Made by a program: the position numbers and the translations under genes
Shown here: one piece after another, positions 42,173 to 55,404 of the stretch
How positions within the stretch are numbered: the first letter of the stretch is position 1
How the letters are laid out: each line of letters begins with the position of its first letter
NCBI GenBank assembly: GCA_964016885.1
Contig: OZ024748.1
Coordinates: 48,918,001-48,982,000, forward strand
Direction of reading: 5' to 3'
Source of the DNA: Eledone cirrhosa
Lineage: Eukaryota
Length of the DNA stretch: 64,000 nucleotides
Notes under the pieces: model-generated
Seen by the model: only the letters and a program-made list of their open reading frames with translations
Databases searched by the model: none
Told to the model about the DNA's origin: nothing

Positions 42173-43420
42173 GAACATTAGCACACACACACACACAAGA
42201 ACATTTGCACATGCAGACACACACACACAAGAATATTTGCGCATACAGACACACACACACATACACACACACACAAAGACACACACACAAGAACATTTGC
42301 ACATGCAGACACACACACACAAGAATAGTTGTGCATACAGACACACACACACACACATATGCACACTGAGACACTGAAACTTATACATACACACTCTCAC
42401 ACAAACACACACTCACACTTACAAACACACACTCACACTTGCAAACATGTATTTACCTATATTTATAATCACACACTGACGTACACTTTCTCCCTCTCTC
42501 ACACACACAAAAACATACTTATAGATAAATACATACACACTTATACATATGTGGTTACATATGTGATGGCTGCCCCCTCGTTATCGAGTATGGCCATTGC
42601 ACGATATACCATTATTAATAATAATTACATATGTACACACATACATACACACATACCTACATACACAGACACACCTATGCATGTAGCCACACACATATCT
42701 ACATATAGCCACACACAGAACTACTCACTAATACATATAGCCACATACATAATCACACACAGAACTACACACACATACTCACTAATACATATAGCCACAC
42801 ACAGAACTACACACACATACTCACTAATACATGTAGCCACACACAGAACTACATAGACACATACTCACTAATACATATAGCCACACACAGAACTACACAC
42901 ACATACTCACTAATACATGTAGCCACACACAGAACTACATAGACACATACTCACTAATACATATAGCCACACACAGAACTACATACACACATACTCACTA
43001 ATACGTACACAGAACTACATACACACACATACTCACTAATACATACACACATACTCACTAATACGTACACACATAACTACATACACACATACACACTGAA
43101 CTACATAAACACATACTCACTAATACATACATACAGAATTACATACACACATACACACACATACTCACTAATACATATACACACAGAACTACATACACAC
43201 TAATATGTACACACAAATACATACACACTGAACTACATACACACATACACACTAATACATACACACAGAACTACATACACACACACATACACACTAATAC
43301 ATACACACAGAACTACATACACACATACACACTAATACATACACACAGAACTACATACACACACATACACACTAATACATACACACAGAACTACATACAC
43401 ACACATACACACTAATACAT
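41700..43420. repeat. CA-rich degenerate minisatellites (caagaacat... and cacacagaactacatacac... units)
   Basis: Directly visible. Confidence 0.85.
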
Positions 43421-43599
43421 ATAGATGTACACATTTCATTTTTTCTCAATTTTGATAATTGCCAAAATGTCTCTTTGCTATTTTCAACATCCCTGTCATC
43501 TTGTCATCATCATCATTATCGTCAGTCATCACCACCTCCGTTGCCATCACAACATTCATCGTCATCATCATCACTGTCATCACCATCACCATCATCACT

Positions 43600-46210
43600 G
43601 TCATCATCATCACCATCACCACCGTCATCACTCACCACCGTCATCCGCCACCACCGTCGTCACCGTCACCACTGTCGTCACTGTCGTCACCGTCACCACC
43701 GTCATCACTCACCACCGTCGTCACCGTCACCACTGTCGTCACCGTCACCACCGTCATCAGTCACCGCCGTCATCACTCACCACCGTCATCCGTCACCACC
43801 GTCGCCACCGTCACCACCGTCATCCGTCGCCACCGTCGCCACCGTCACCACCGTCGTCACCGTCACCACCGTCGTCACCGTCACCACTGTCGTCACCGTC
43901 ACCACTGTCGTCACTGTCGTCACCGTCACCACTGTCGTCACCGTCACCACTGTCGTCACCGTCACCACCGTCGTCACCGTCGTCACCGTCGTCACCGTCA
44001 CCACTGTCGTCACCGTCACCACCGTCGTCACCGTCGTCACCGTCACCACTGTCGTCACCGTCACCACCGTCGTCACCGTCACCACTGTCGTCACCGTCAC
44101 CACTGTCGTCACCGTCACCACTGTCGTCACCGTCACCACTGTCGTCACCGTCACCACTGTCGTCACCGTCACCACTGTCGTCACCGTCACCACTGTCGTC
44201 ACCGTCACCACCGTCGTCACCGTCACCACTGTCGTCACCGTCACCACTGTCGTCACCGTCACCACCGTCGTCACCGTCACCACCGTCGTCACCGTCGTCA
44301 CCGTCACCACTGTCGTCACCGTCACCACTGTCGTCACCGTCACCACCGTCGTCACCGTCACCACTGTCGTCACCGTCACCACTGTCGTCACCGTCACCAC
44401 CGTCGTCACCGTCACCACCGTCGTCACCGTCGTCACCGTCACCACTGTCGTCACCGTCACCACTGTCGTCACCGTCACCACTGTCGTCACCGTCACCACC
44501 GTCGTCACCGTCACCACTGTCGTCACCGTCACCACTGTCGTCACCGTCACCACCGTCGTCACCGTCACCACCGTCGTCACCGTCGTCACCGTCACCACCG
44601 TCGTCACCGTCACCACTGTCGTCACCGTCACCACTGTCGTCACCGTCACCACCGTCGTCACCGTCACCACTGTCGTCACCGTCACCACTGTCGTCACCGT
44701 CACCACCGTCGTCACCGTCACCACCGTCGTCACCGTCACCACTGTCGTCACCGTCACCACTGTCGTCACCGTCACCACTGTCGTCACCGTCACCACCGTC
44801 GTCACCGTCACCACTGTCGTCACCGTCACCACCGTCGTCACCGTCACCACCGTCGTCACCGTCACCACTGTCGTCACCGTCACCACTGTCGTCACCGTCA
44901 CCACTGTCGTCACCGTCACCACCGTCGTCACCGTCACCACCGTCGTCACCGTCACCACCGTCGTCACCGTCACCACTGTCGTCACCGTCGTCACCGTCGT
45001 CACCGTCACCACCGTCGTCACCGTCACCACTGTCGTCACCGTCACCACTGTCGTCACCGTCACCACTGTCGTCACCGTCACCACTGTCGTCACCGTCACC
45101 ACCGTCGTCACCGTCACCACCGTCGTCACCGTCGTCACCGTCACCACTGTCGTCACCGTCACCACTGTCGTCACCGTCACCACTGTCGTCACCGTCACCA
45201 CTGTCGTCACCGTCACCACTGTCGTCACCGTCACCACTGTCGTCACCGTCACCACCGTCGTCACCGTCACCACTGTCGTCACCGTCACCACTGTCGTCAC
45301 CGTCACCACCGTCGTCACCGTCACCACCGTCGTCACCGTCGTCACCGTCACCACTGTCGTCACCGTCGTCACCGTCGTCACCGTCACCACTGTCGTCACC
45401 GTCACCACTGTCGTCACCGTCACCACCGTCGTCACCGTCGTCACCGTCACCACTGTCGTCACCGTCGTCACCGTCGTCACCGTCACCACTGTCGTCACCG
45501 TCACCACTGTCGTCACCGTCACCACTGTCGTCACCGTCACCACTGTCGTCACCGTCACCACTGTCGTCAGCGTCACCGTCGTCACCGTCACCACTGTCGT
45601 CACCGTCACCACTGTCGTCACCGTCACCACCGTCGTCACCGTCACCACTGTCGTCACCGTCACCACTGTCGTCACCGTCACCACTGTCGTCACCGTCACC
45701 ACTGTCGTCACCGTCACCACTGTCGTCACCGTCACCACTGTCGTCACCGTCACCACCGTCGTCACCGTCGTCACCGTCGTCACCGTCACCACTGTCGTCA
45801 CCGTCACCGTCACCACCGTCGTCACCGTCGTCACCGTCACCACTGTCGTCACCGTCACCACTGTCGTCACCGTCACCACCGTCGTCACCGTCACCACTGT
45901 CGTCACCGTCACCACTGTCGTCACCGTCACCACCGTCGTCACCGTCACCACCGTCGTCACCGTCACCACTGTCGTCACCGTCACCGTCACCACCGTCGTC
46001 ACCGTCGTCACCGTCACCACTGTCGTCACCGTCACCACTGTCGTCACCGTCACCACCGTCGTCACCGTCACCACCGTCGTCACCGTCACCACTGTCGTCA
46101 CCGTCACCGTCACCACCGTCGTCACCGTCGTCACCGTCACCACTGTCGTCACCGTCACCACTGTCGTCACCGTCACCACCGTCACCACCGTCGTCACCGT
46201 CACCACAGTC
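43600..46210. repeat. CpG-rich 18-bp satellite (gtcaccgtcaccacYgtc) with 9-bp variants
   Basis: Directly visible; stop-free in several frames, which explains the 950-1500 aa ORFs. Confidence 0.97.
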
Positions 46211-46319
46211 GTCACTGTCACCATCATCACCATTGCTGTTGTCATCATCATCATCACTGTCACCGTTGTTATTATCATCAGTATCTTCATTGTAACCTTC
46301 AACACATTCATCATTGTCA

Positions 46320-47910
46320 TCACCACCGCCACCACAACCATCACCATCACCACAACCATCACCATCACCACCACCATCACCACAACCATCACCATCACCA
46401 CCGCCACCACCACAACCACCACCACAACCACCACCATCACCACAACCATCACCATCACCACCGCCACCACCACAACCACCACCACAACCACCACCATCAC
46501 CACAACCATCACCATCACCACCGCCACCACCACAACCACCACCACAACCACCACCACCACCACAACCACCACCACCACCACAACCACCACCACCACCACA
46601 ACCACCACCACCACCACAACCACCACAACCACCACCACCACCACAACCACCACCACCACCACAACCACCACCACCACCACAACCATCACCACCACCATTA
46701 CCACCATCACCACAACCATCACCACCACCACCATCACCACCACCACCACCACCATCACCACCACAACCATCACCACCACCACCACCACCATCATCACCAC
46801 AACCATCACCACCACCATCACCACCACCATTACCACCATCACCACCACAACCACCACCACCACCACAACCATCACCACCACCATTACCACCATCACCACC
46901 ACCATCACCACCACCACCATCACCACCATCACCACCACCATCACCACCACCATCACCACCACCATTACCACCATCACCACCACAACCATCACCACCACCA
47001 CCACCACCATCACCACCACCACCACCATTACCACCACCATCACCACCACCACCACCATTACCACCACCATTACCACCACCATTACCACCACCACCATTAC
47101 CACCATCACCACCACCATAACCACCAACATTACCACCACCATCACCACCACCACCACCACCACCATTACCACCATCACCACCACCATTACCACCACCATT
47201 ACCACCACCATCACCACCATCACCACCACCACCATTACCACCACCATCACCACCACCACCACCATTACCACCACCATTACCACCACCATCACCACCACCA
47301 CCATTACCACCACCATCAGCACCACCATCACCACCACCATCACCACCACCATCACCACCATTACCACCATCACCACCACCATCACCACCACCACCACCAT
47401 CACCACCACCATCAGCACCACCATTACCACCATCACCACCACCATCAGCACCACCATTACCACTATCACCACCACCACCACCACCATCACCATCACCATC
47501 ACCACCACCACCATCATCACCACCACCATCACCACCATCACCACCACCACCACCACCACTATCATCACCATCACCACCACCATCACCACCACCACCACTA
47601 TCATCACCATCACCACCATCACCACCACCATCACCACCACCACCACCACCACCACCACCACCACCACCACCATCACCACCACCACCACTATCATCACCAT
47701 CACCACCACCATCACCACCACCACCACCACCACCATCACCACCACCACCACCACCACCACCACTATCATCACCACCACCACCACCACCACCACCACCATC
47801 ACCACCACCACCATCATCACCACCACCACCACCATCACCACCACAATCATCACCACTACCATCATCACTATTGTCCTTATTGTCATTACCATCATCATCA
47901 TCACCATCAT
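46320..47910. repeat. CAC/CAT/CAA trinucleotide array
   Basis: Directly visible. Confidence 0.95.
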
Positions 47911-48028
47911 CACCCCCCCTCCCCCCACAATATACCCAGTTCTACAGTAAATACAGACATCATTATGTTTTGGCAGTCTTCTCTTTATGGTTACCATTCA
48001 ACACTCAACTGAAGATTTCCATTTATGA

Positions 48029-48061
48029 GGACATTATAGAAATGTGATATATACATTTGTA

Positions 48062-48092
<31 letters not shown>

Positions 48093-48132
48093 ATATGAGT
48101 GTGTGTATATATATATATTTAAACAAATAGAG

Positions 48133-48176
<44 letters not shown>

Positions 48177-48270
48177 GGACATTATAGAAATGTGATATAT
48201 ACATTTGTATCTCTCTCTCTCTCTCTGTATATATGAGTGTGTATATATATATATATTTAAACAAATAGAG

Positions 48271-48318
<48 letters not shown>

Positions 48319-48369
48319 GGACATTATAGAAATGTGATATATACATTTGTATCTCTCTCTCTGTATGTA

Positions 48370-48415
<46 letters not shown>

Positions 48416-48499
48416 TATATATGGGGAAATTATAGAAATGTGATATATACATTTGTATCTCTCTCTCTCTATCTTTCTCTCTGTATGTATGTATGTATG

Positions 48500-48535
<36 letters not shown>
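48029..48535. repeat. Tandem 107-148-bp units beginning ggacattatagaaatgtgatatatacatttgtatctct (4 copies, another at 50187)
   Basis: Units start at about 48029, 48177, 48319 and 48426. Confidence 0.85.
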
Positions 48536-48538
<3 letters not shown>

Positions 48539-48689
48539 GAAAAGTATAGAAATTATTGTAGCAAGAAGCCAACAGTATTCCATAATATATAAGTGACTAT
48601 AGCGTCAAAATGGAAAAAATAGTTAACGTAAGATGTGGGAAAATAATTCAAACTCAATTCAAAAAGAATCAGGATATAGATTCATCCAC

Positions 48690-48723
<34 letters not shown>

Positions 48724-48730
<7 letters not shown>

Positions 48731-49374
48731 TAAAGTTAGTCCTTCATCAGTGATCTTCCAACCATCATTGGTATTTCATCGCTTTAAAGACCATATACCT
48801 CCGGTTGGTGCGAGCAATGGCAAAAAAAAGTCGTTGGGACACGTAAATAAAGGGGACACGAGAGTGTAAACAAACAAAGATGGTGAAGCAACGAAAAGTG
48901 AGGAAGAAGGAGTCGAGTCCCAAATTTCCATGAATATAAGTTTGGTGAAATCGTGAACAAGAGAGAATAAAGACCATCAAACCTGGTTGGAATGTGAGCA
49001 AGGAAGGAATTCCGTACAGGTCTAACGGGAGGAAGAAGGGATCTAGTCTGTGAATTCGGTGAACTTAAGTTCTGTGAAATCGTAGACGAGAGAGAGAAAA
49101 AAAGCGACCTGCCTGACAAAGGGTGCAAAAGAAAAGAATTACGCACAGGTCAAATGGGAAGAAGGAGGAGGAGGAGAGGTAGTAACAGAGAGTGAGTGAG
49201 TGAAGGGTGAGGAAGAGGCTAACAGAGAGGGTAAAGATACAGAGAAAGAGGAAGCAGTAAGAACGAAATAGACGGGTCACAGCGGGGGAAAAAATATGTG
49301 TAAATATGAGAATAAACGTGCTGCGTGGTTGCTAATGGGTTACATATGAATAAAGTTAGTCCTTCATCAGTGAT

Positions 49375-49377
<3 letters not shown>
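48724..49377 (-). mobile_element. 654-bp non-coding element with identical 34-bp terminal direct repeats, in (TA)n
   Basis: atatgaataaagttagtccttcatcagtgatctt at 48724-48757 and 49344-49377. The repeat contains CTGATGA on the minus strand. Confidence 0.6.
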
Positions 49378-49433
<56 letters not shown>

Positions 49434-49441
49434 ATCACTGA

Positions 49442-49477
<36 letters not shown>

Positions 49478-49524
49478 TATCAATGATATTAAATAAATGG
49501 AAACTATATTTATAAAACCATATT

Positions 49525-49585
49525 TATTTTATTATATATATTTCAAGGGTACCAAAACTTTGGTACGCTCTCATCAGATAAAATA
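49525..49585 (-). ncRNA. Intact minimal type I hammerhead motif
   Basis: Minus strand: tattttat CTGATGA gag-c-GTACCAA agtt TTGGTAC-c-ctt GAAA TATATA T A ataaaata. 8-bp stem I and palindromic helix III, in a ~170-bp cassette between (TA)n tracts. Confidence 0.85.
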
Positions 49586-49650
49586 CAAAATTTGTTTTAT
49601 AAATGGTGACATACAGAAGAAACCAGCCCTTATCGGTTCAGTTTGGATAG

Positions 49651-49681
<31 letters not shown>

Positions 49682-50035
49682 AAATATGGAGAAAAATACT
49701 GCAGGTAGCGCATGGATAACATGTAATAAAATGAGTCCCTCATCTGTGATTTGCCAACGATCATAGATATTTCATTGCATTAAAAATCATATATATATAT
49801 CACCTTGACCGACCAGTCTGTCGGTTGCTATTCGGCGCCGCTGGTCACAGCACGTTGCTGTTTTAGCCATATGAAGACGCCATCCCACTGGCTGGGCGGG
49901 CAGGCAGATATATATATATATATGGTGGTCGCAATAATGAAAGTAAATTTATTTTTATTTTCGAACGTCGTGTTTAGATCTAAATTAGTTACTGAGATTA
50001 AAGACAAAATCAGAGCCTGTGTCGTTTTAACTGCT

Positions 50036-50074
<39 letters not shown>

Positions 50075-50230
50075 AGTTGACGGTTGAGAGAAGAGTACGA
50101 AGTAATCTTGTAATGAGGCTTGTAGAATGGTGAGTCCGCCATTCTGGATGCTGCTGCCTTGTAGAAATCCCAAATCGAAGCCGTGCGGACATTATATAAA
50201 TGTGATATATACATTTGTATCTCTCTCTCT

Positions 50231-50278
<48 letters not shown>

Positions 50279-50691
50279 CCCCCGGTATATCGTGTTTCAC
50301 TTTTTACGGTACCACTACATTGCAAATTTTTCTTTGGAACGTATCTAATTTCCTATCGCGGTGATCCTCGCAATATCGCAGCTATTTTGTTGGAACGTAT
50401 CTATTTTCTTATTGCGGTACGTACGTCTGAATAAAAAATGTTTAAATTTTAAACTTATTAAATAAATTTCGATGTGATTGAAGTGTATGGTGTAAGGGAG
50501 GAGCATCTTAAGATGTGCAGTGTATTACCAAGCGGCTAACGTGGTTTGTAATGGCCGTCATTGGTAACTAGTGGTATGATGGTTGGTGGTAGTTTCTATA
50601 CGATCATTACTGGCTGTTTTTGGTGTTTAAAATACAAAAGTGTGTTTTAATGAGTTTATATATACTTGAAGCTTGTAGGAGAGGTATTTAA

Positions 50692-50730
<39 letters not shown>

Positions 50731-50734
<4 letters not shown>

Positions 50735-51006
50735 AGTAAGACCCCGACGGCTGAGCTCAAGCCGTTTCGACGGCTAATTCTGGACTAAAAAAAAAAATCA
50801 AATGATTTTTTTTTTTTTTTTAGTCCAGAATTAGCCGTCGAAGCGGCTTGAGCTCAGCCGTCAGGGTCTTACTGGTTCCTATTACCCACTCTACTACCCT
50901 AAGTATTGAGTACGTTGGTGCGTTATGGTCCACCTGGTTCCTTACCACATTTCCTTCGTTATCTAGCTCCTATTCCCGTAGTAGAGCACTTTCCGACCCT
51001 ACCACG

Positions 51007-51007
<1 letters not shown>
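50731..51007. mobile_element. Hairpin-headed short element, copy 2 (foldback 50731-50877 plus tail), in (TA)n
   Basis: Homologous to the 23801 copy. An inverted fragment of the tail lies at about 51242-51272. Confidence 0.7.
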
Positions 51008-51053
<46 letters not shown>

Positions 51054-51864
51054 AAAGTTATATTTAATTTGTTGGGATTCAACAAGCTTAAAAGTTTTAT
51101 AACTGATATAAAGCACTCAACTGATTACTGGAGTAAATATTCAATATATATATGTATATGTGTGTGTGTTTACATACACACATATATATATATATATCAA
51201 GATTTTACCAGTATAAAACTGGTAAGACCATTATTCAGTAGAGTACTCAATACTTGGGATAGTAGAGTGTAACTATTGGAGAGAGTTGGGGCCTCACAAA
51301 ATGAGATCTTGCTGTTTTGACAGCTAATTCCATATGTACACACATATATATATATACACACACATAAACGTATACACACACACACATGTACATGAATTGT
51401 AAGCCGATTCATGTTTGTGTATTTTTAATCTTGGCCAATATTTCTAGATCTTGTATTTCTTTTCCAGACATGAGTAACTTTTCTGTTTTTCATTAAATAA
51501 ATTGATTTTTATCATTGTTCTTTTATATATATGTATACATCCTTCCTTGCACACACACACATGTGTGTGTGTGTGTGTGTGTGTGTATACATCCTTCCTT
51601 ACACACACACCCACACGCACACGCATATATGTGTGTGCGTGTGTTTAGAAGGAAGTGAGTTATGTTGCTTTTGATTTATGTCTTATATCTAAATTTTATT
51701 TTTCATCTGCTTAGCATCTCTCTTTCTTAACACACTTGGGTATTCCTATCTGGGTGGGTGGGTGGTGTGATTGTATAGTGTGTGTGTGTGTGTGTGTGTA
51801 GGATGGGGGTGTTAAGAAGGAGGATAGGTATATCATGGGGAAGTAATAAGGGGTGTGAGGGAGA

Positions 51865-52480
51865 ATGTTGGTGGTGATGAGGTGGAGGACAATGATGGTG
51901 ATGATGATGATGATGATGATGTCGTTGGTGATGGTGATGATGCTGATGTTGGTGATGATGATGATGATGATGTCGTTGGTGATGGTGATGGTGATGGTGA
52001 TGATGCTGATGTTGGTGATGATGATGGTGTTGTGGTGATTATGGTGATGATGATGGTGTTGTGGTGGTGATGATGATGGTGTGGTGGTGGTGATGATGGT
52101 GATGATGGAGGTGTTGTGGTGATGATGGAGGTGATGTTGTGTGGATGATGGTGTTGTGGTGGTGATGATGGTGATGTTGTGGTGATGATGATGATGGTGT
52201 TGTGGTGATGATGGTGATGTTGATGGTGTGGTGATGTTGGTGGTGTGGTGATGATGATGGTGTGGTGGTGATGATGATGGTGTTGTGGTGTTGATGGTGT
52301 GGTGATGTTGGTGGTGTGGTGATGATGATGGTGTGGTGGTGATGATGATGATGGTGATGATGGTGTTGTGGTGATGATGGTGATGTTGATGGTGTGCTGA
52401 TGTTGGGGGTGTGGTGATGATGATGGTGTGGTGATGTTGGTGATGATGATGATGATGTCATTGTTGATGATGGTGTTGAC
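51865..52480. repeat. GAT/GGT/GTT trinucleotide array
   Basis: Directly visible. Confidence 0.9.
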
Positions 52481-52929
52481 GATTCCAATAACATGGGTGT
52501 ATTACAGGTGTGTGGGGGTGGGTGTGTGATGGGGGTCATGAGAAATTGGTGTTTCATGTGTGTATAACACATGTGGTAGAGTTTAACAGATTTTTTTTTT
52601 GGGGGGGGGGGGGGGGGTACAGTGATGGGCTGAGTAGTTTCTAAGGAGCTGGTACTGTGAGATGACCAGAGCAAGGATCAAACATACCAGTTCAGGGATC
52701 AAACCTATGACTTTGTGATCTTGAACCCAACACTCCAACCACATAAATAAGTAGTATGTATATATATGTATGGTCCTGTAAATCCTAATAGAGTCATAGG
52801 GACGCCATAGTGACATACGCCTGGTGGAGCCTGGTGAAGCCCATCTCCTATCCATGTCCTCTCCAGGTCTGAACACAGCTGATCTCTTCCAGAGAAGGAT
52901 AGAAAATGACAGAGAGGAAACGAGAAAAA

Positions 52930-53099
52930 GAGATATAGAGGAAGAATTAACCTTAGTACTTGACTGGTACTTTTTTGGTTGACCTTGAAAAGATGAAAGG
53001 CTAAGTTGACCTTGGTGGGATTTGAACTCACAGACAAGAGAGCCGGAATCAAAGCTGCAAAGCATTCTATGCCCTAACCATTCTGCCAATTCACCACCT
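52930..53099 (-). mobile_element. SINE family A-related, diverged
   Basis: gactggtact...gatgaaaggctaagttgaccttggtgggatttgaactc...ctgccaattcaccacc. Confidence 0.75.
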
Positions 53100-54040
53100 T
53101 GGAATACGTAGAAGGATGATATTAAAAAAAAAGTTTTTACAGAAGTTAAATTGTTTTTACGTTATGGGTTGACAAGTTACGCAAATTTAGAGATTTTGTT
53201 TGAAGTTGGTGCAGCAACCAGCAGCACCACTCCACTGTGAAGTCAGTTCTCTTGACTGTAATTGACTGAAGGTAATTATATCAAGGTATATTTCATAGTT
53301 GGAGGTGAGAAGGGTAGAATAGGTGATAAGTTTTGAATGTCTGGGTTAATAAAAAGTTAATAAAATGTTGAGTCACTGGCCCAGAACTTTAACCACTCAA
53401 CTAGTCTAATGGAATAATGCTATTGGTATTAGTGAAATTGGCTTTATAAAACCAACTGTAACAATAATGTTGGTGGTGGTTGCAGTGGTAGAGATTGGGA
53501 AGATATGGACAGGGAGATGGTGATGGTTGTGTTGGTAGAAATAGAAAGGATAATGAGCATTGTGGTGGTTGTGGTGGTGGTAGAGATGATAATGATGGTA
53601 GTCTTAGTAGAAATTGAGATGGTGGGGATGGTGGTGGTAGTAATGATGATGGTGATGGTGGTGGTAATAATGTTGATGGTGATGGTGGTGGTAGTAATGT
53701 TGATGGTTGTGGTGGTAGTAATGTTGATGGTGATGGTGGTGGTAGTAATGATAATGGTGATGACAGTAAAATATTTATAATACACTTCTATTGCTCATTT
53801 GCTGAAGTAAAAAAAATAAATATTTCTAGATAACTGTTCAATTGCACGAGTTATTGAGAATATTTTAATGCAGTCTTTATTCCTAGAATTTACAAAAAAA
53901 CAAAATGTCTTTGCACAAATTTTTATTTATTTTATTTCATTTTATTTTATTTCTTAAAAATTAAGAATGTCACATATGCACAAGAGCACAAGAGTGTTGT
54001 TGAAAATACCTGACTATTTCAGTGAAGTGTCTTCTTTTAT

Positions 54041-54102
<62 letters not shown>

Positions 54103-55066
54103 AATATATATATATATTGTGTGTGTGTCTGTGTATTACAAGTACTACACATGCACACACACACTTTTACACATGGGGTTGTGTGTGTTCTCAGATCATA
54201 AATACAATACACATATCCTTTTACTATTTTCAGTCATTTGACTGTGGTCATACTGGGGCACCACCATGTTCAAAGCTTTTAGTCATCTTATCTATCACCA
54301 GCCCCCCACCCACCCCACTCCACACACACACACTACTTAGTTTATATCAATCTCTAATTGTCGAACCACTAAGTCACCAGACAAACAAACAATAAACATA
54401 AACACATGCACACACATCTAGAATAGGCTTCCACACAGTTCCCATCTATCAAAATTCACTGACATGGCATTGGTCAACCTAGACTACAGTAGAAAGACAT
54501 TTACTCAAAGTACCACACAGTGGAACTGAACCTGAAACCATGTGGTTGTGGAACAAACTCCCTAACCACACAGCCATAACTACTCCTACATTTCTTATAT
54601 CTCCATTTAGTTTGTTTGTTTTTTTTTGTGTTTTTTTTTTGTTTTTTTTTTGTTTGATTTTTTTCTCCAAATTAATTTCATGATAATTTTGTTCAATTAA
54701 CTGTCCTTAACGAAAATATATTGTTGTTGTTGATGTTGCTATTATTTTAGATTTTCATAAAACGCAGTGAAATTATATTATGAATTATGTTAATGAAAAT
54801 ATAATAGATTTTTTTTGGGGGGGGGGGGGGAGTATTTCTTGTATTTTCTTGCTAAATACCTGTGACCAGGCTAGTTTTGATGAGAAAAATATTTAGAACA
54901 GGCCTCATCATCATCATCATCATCATCCTCATCATCAGAGAGAGGGTTGAGAGGGTGCCTGTGTCTGCTTGCAACTACCAGGCTGTACTCAATTGTGAGT
55001 GATGGGTGTAGTTTTCTTCTTCTCCTCCTCCTCCTTCATGATATCATCATTATTATTATTTTTATT

Positions 55067-55256
55067 GGCGGTGGATTGGCAGTATTGGTAGAGGGTCGGA
55101 CGCCATGCTTTGATGTATAGAGTTACGGCCCTTGCCATTCTGAGTTCAAATCCCGCCAAGGTTAACTTTGTCTTTCATCCTTACAAGGTCGATAAAATAA
55201 AGTACCAGTAATGTACTGGGTAATTGCTGGCCTTGTGCCTAAAGTAGAAACAATTA
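55067..55256 (+). mobile_element. SINE family A, full length, about 150 nt upstream of the giant exon
   Basis: Consensus match. Confidence 0.9.
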
Positions 55257-55404
55257 TTATTAGTTTTATGCATATAATTTTGTTTTTGTTTTTTACACAC
55301 AGAAATGCCCATTATATTGTCCTGTGCTGTCCTTAATGTTATACTTTATGTCAACTCTTATTATTATTATCATCATTATTATTATTATTATTATTTCATT
55401 TCAG

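Noticed and set aside
43425-48012. ORFs of 950-1517 aa (mucin-, extensin- or His-rich-looking)
   Set aside because: Open in several frames on both strands purely because the 18-bp and 3-bp repeats lack stops; no splice or unique coding context.
55305-55404. ATG start and poly-Tyr N-terminus of the 1630-aa ORF
   Set aside because: Intronic (tta)n upstream of a clear acceptor at 55404.
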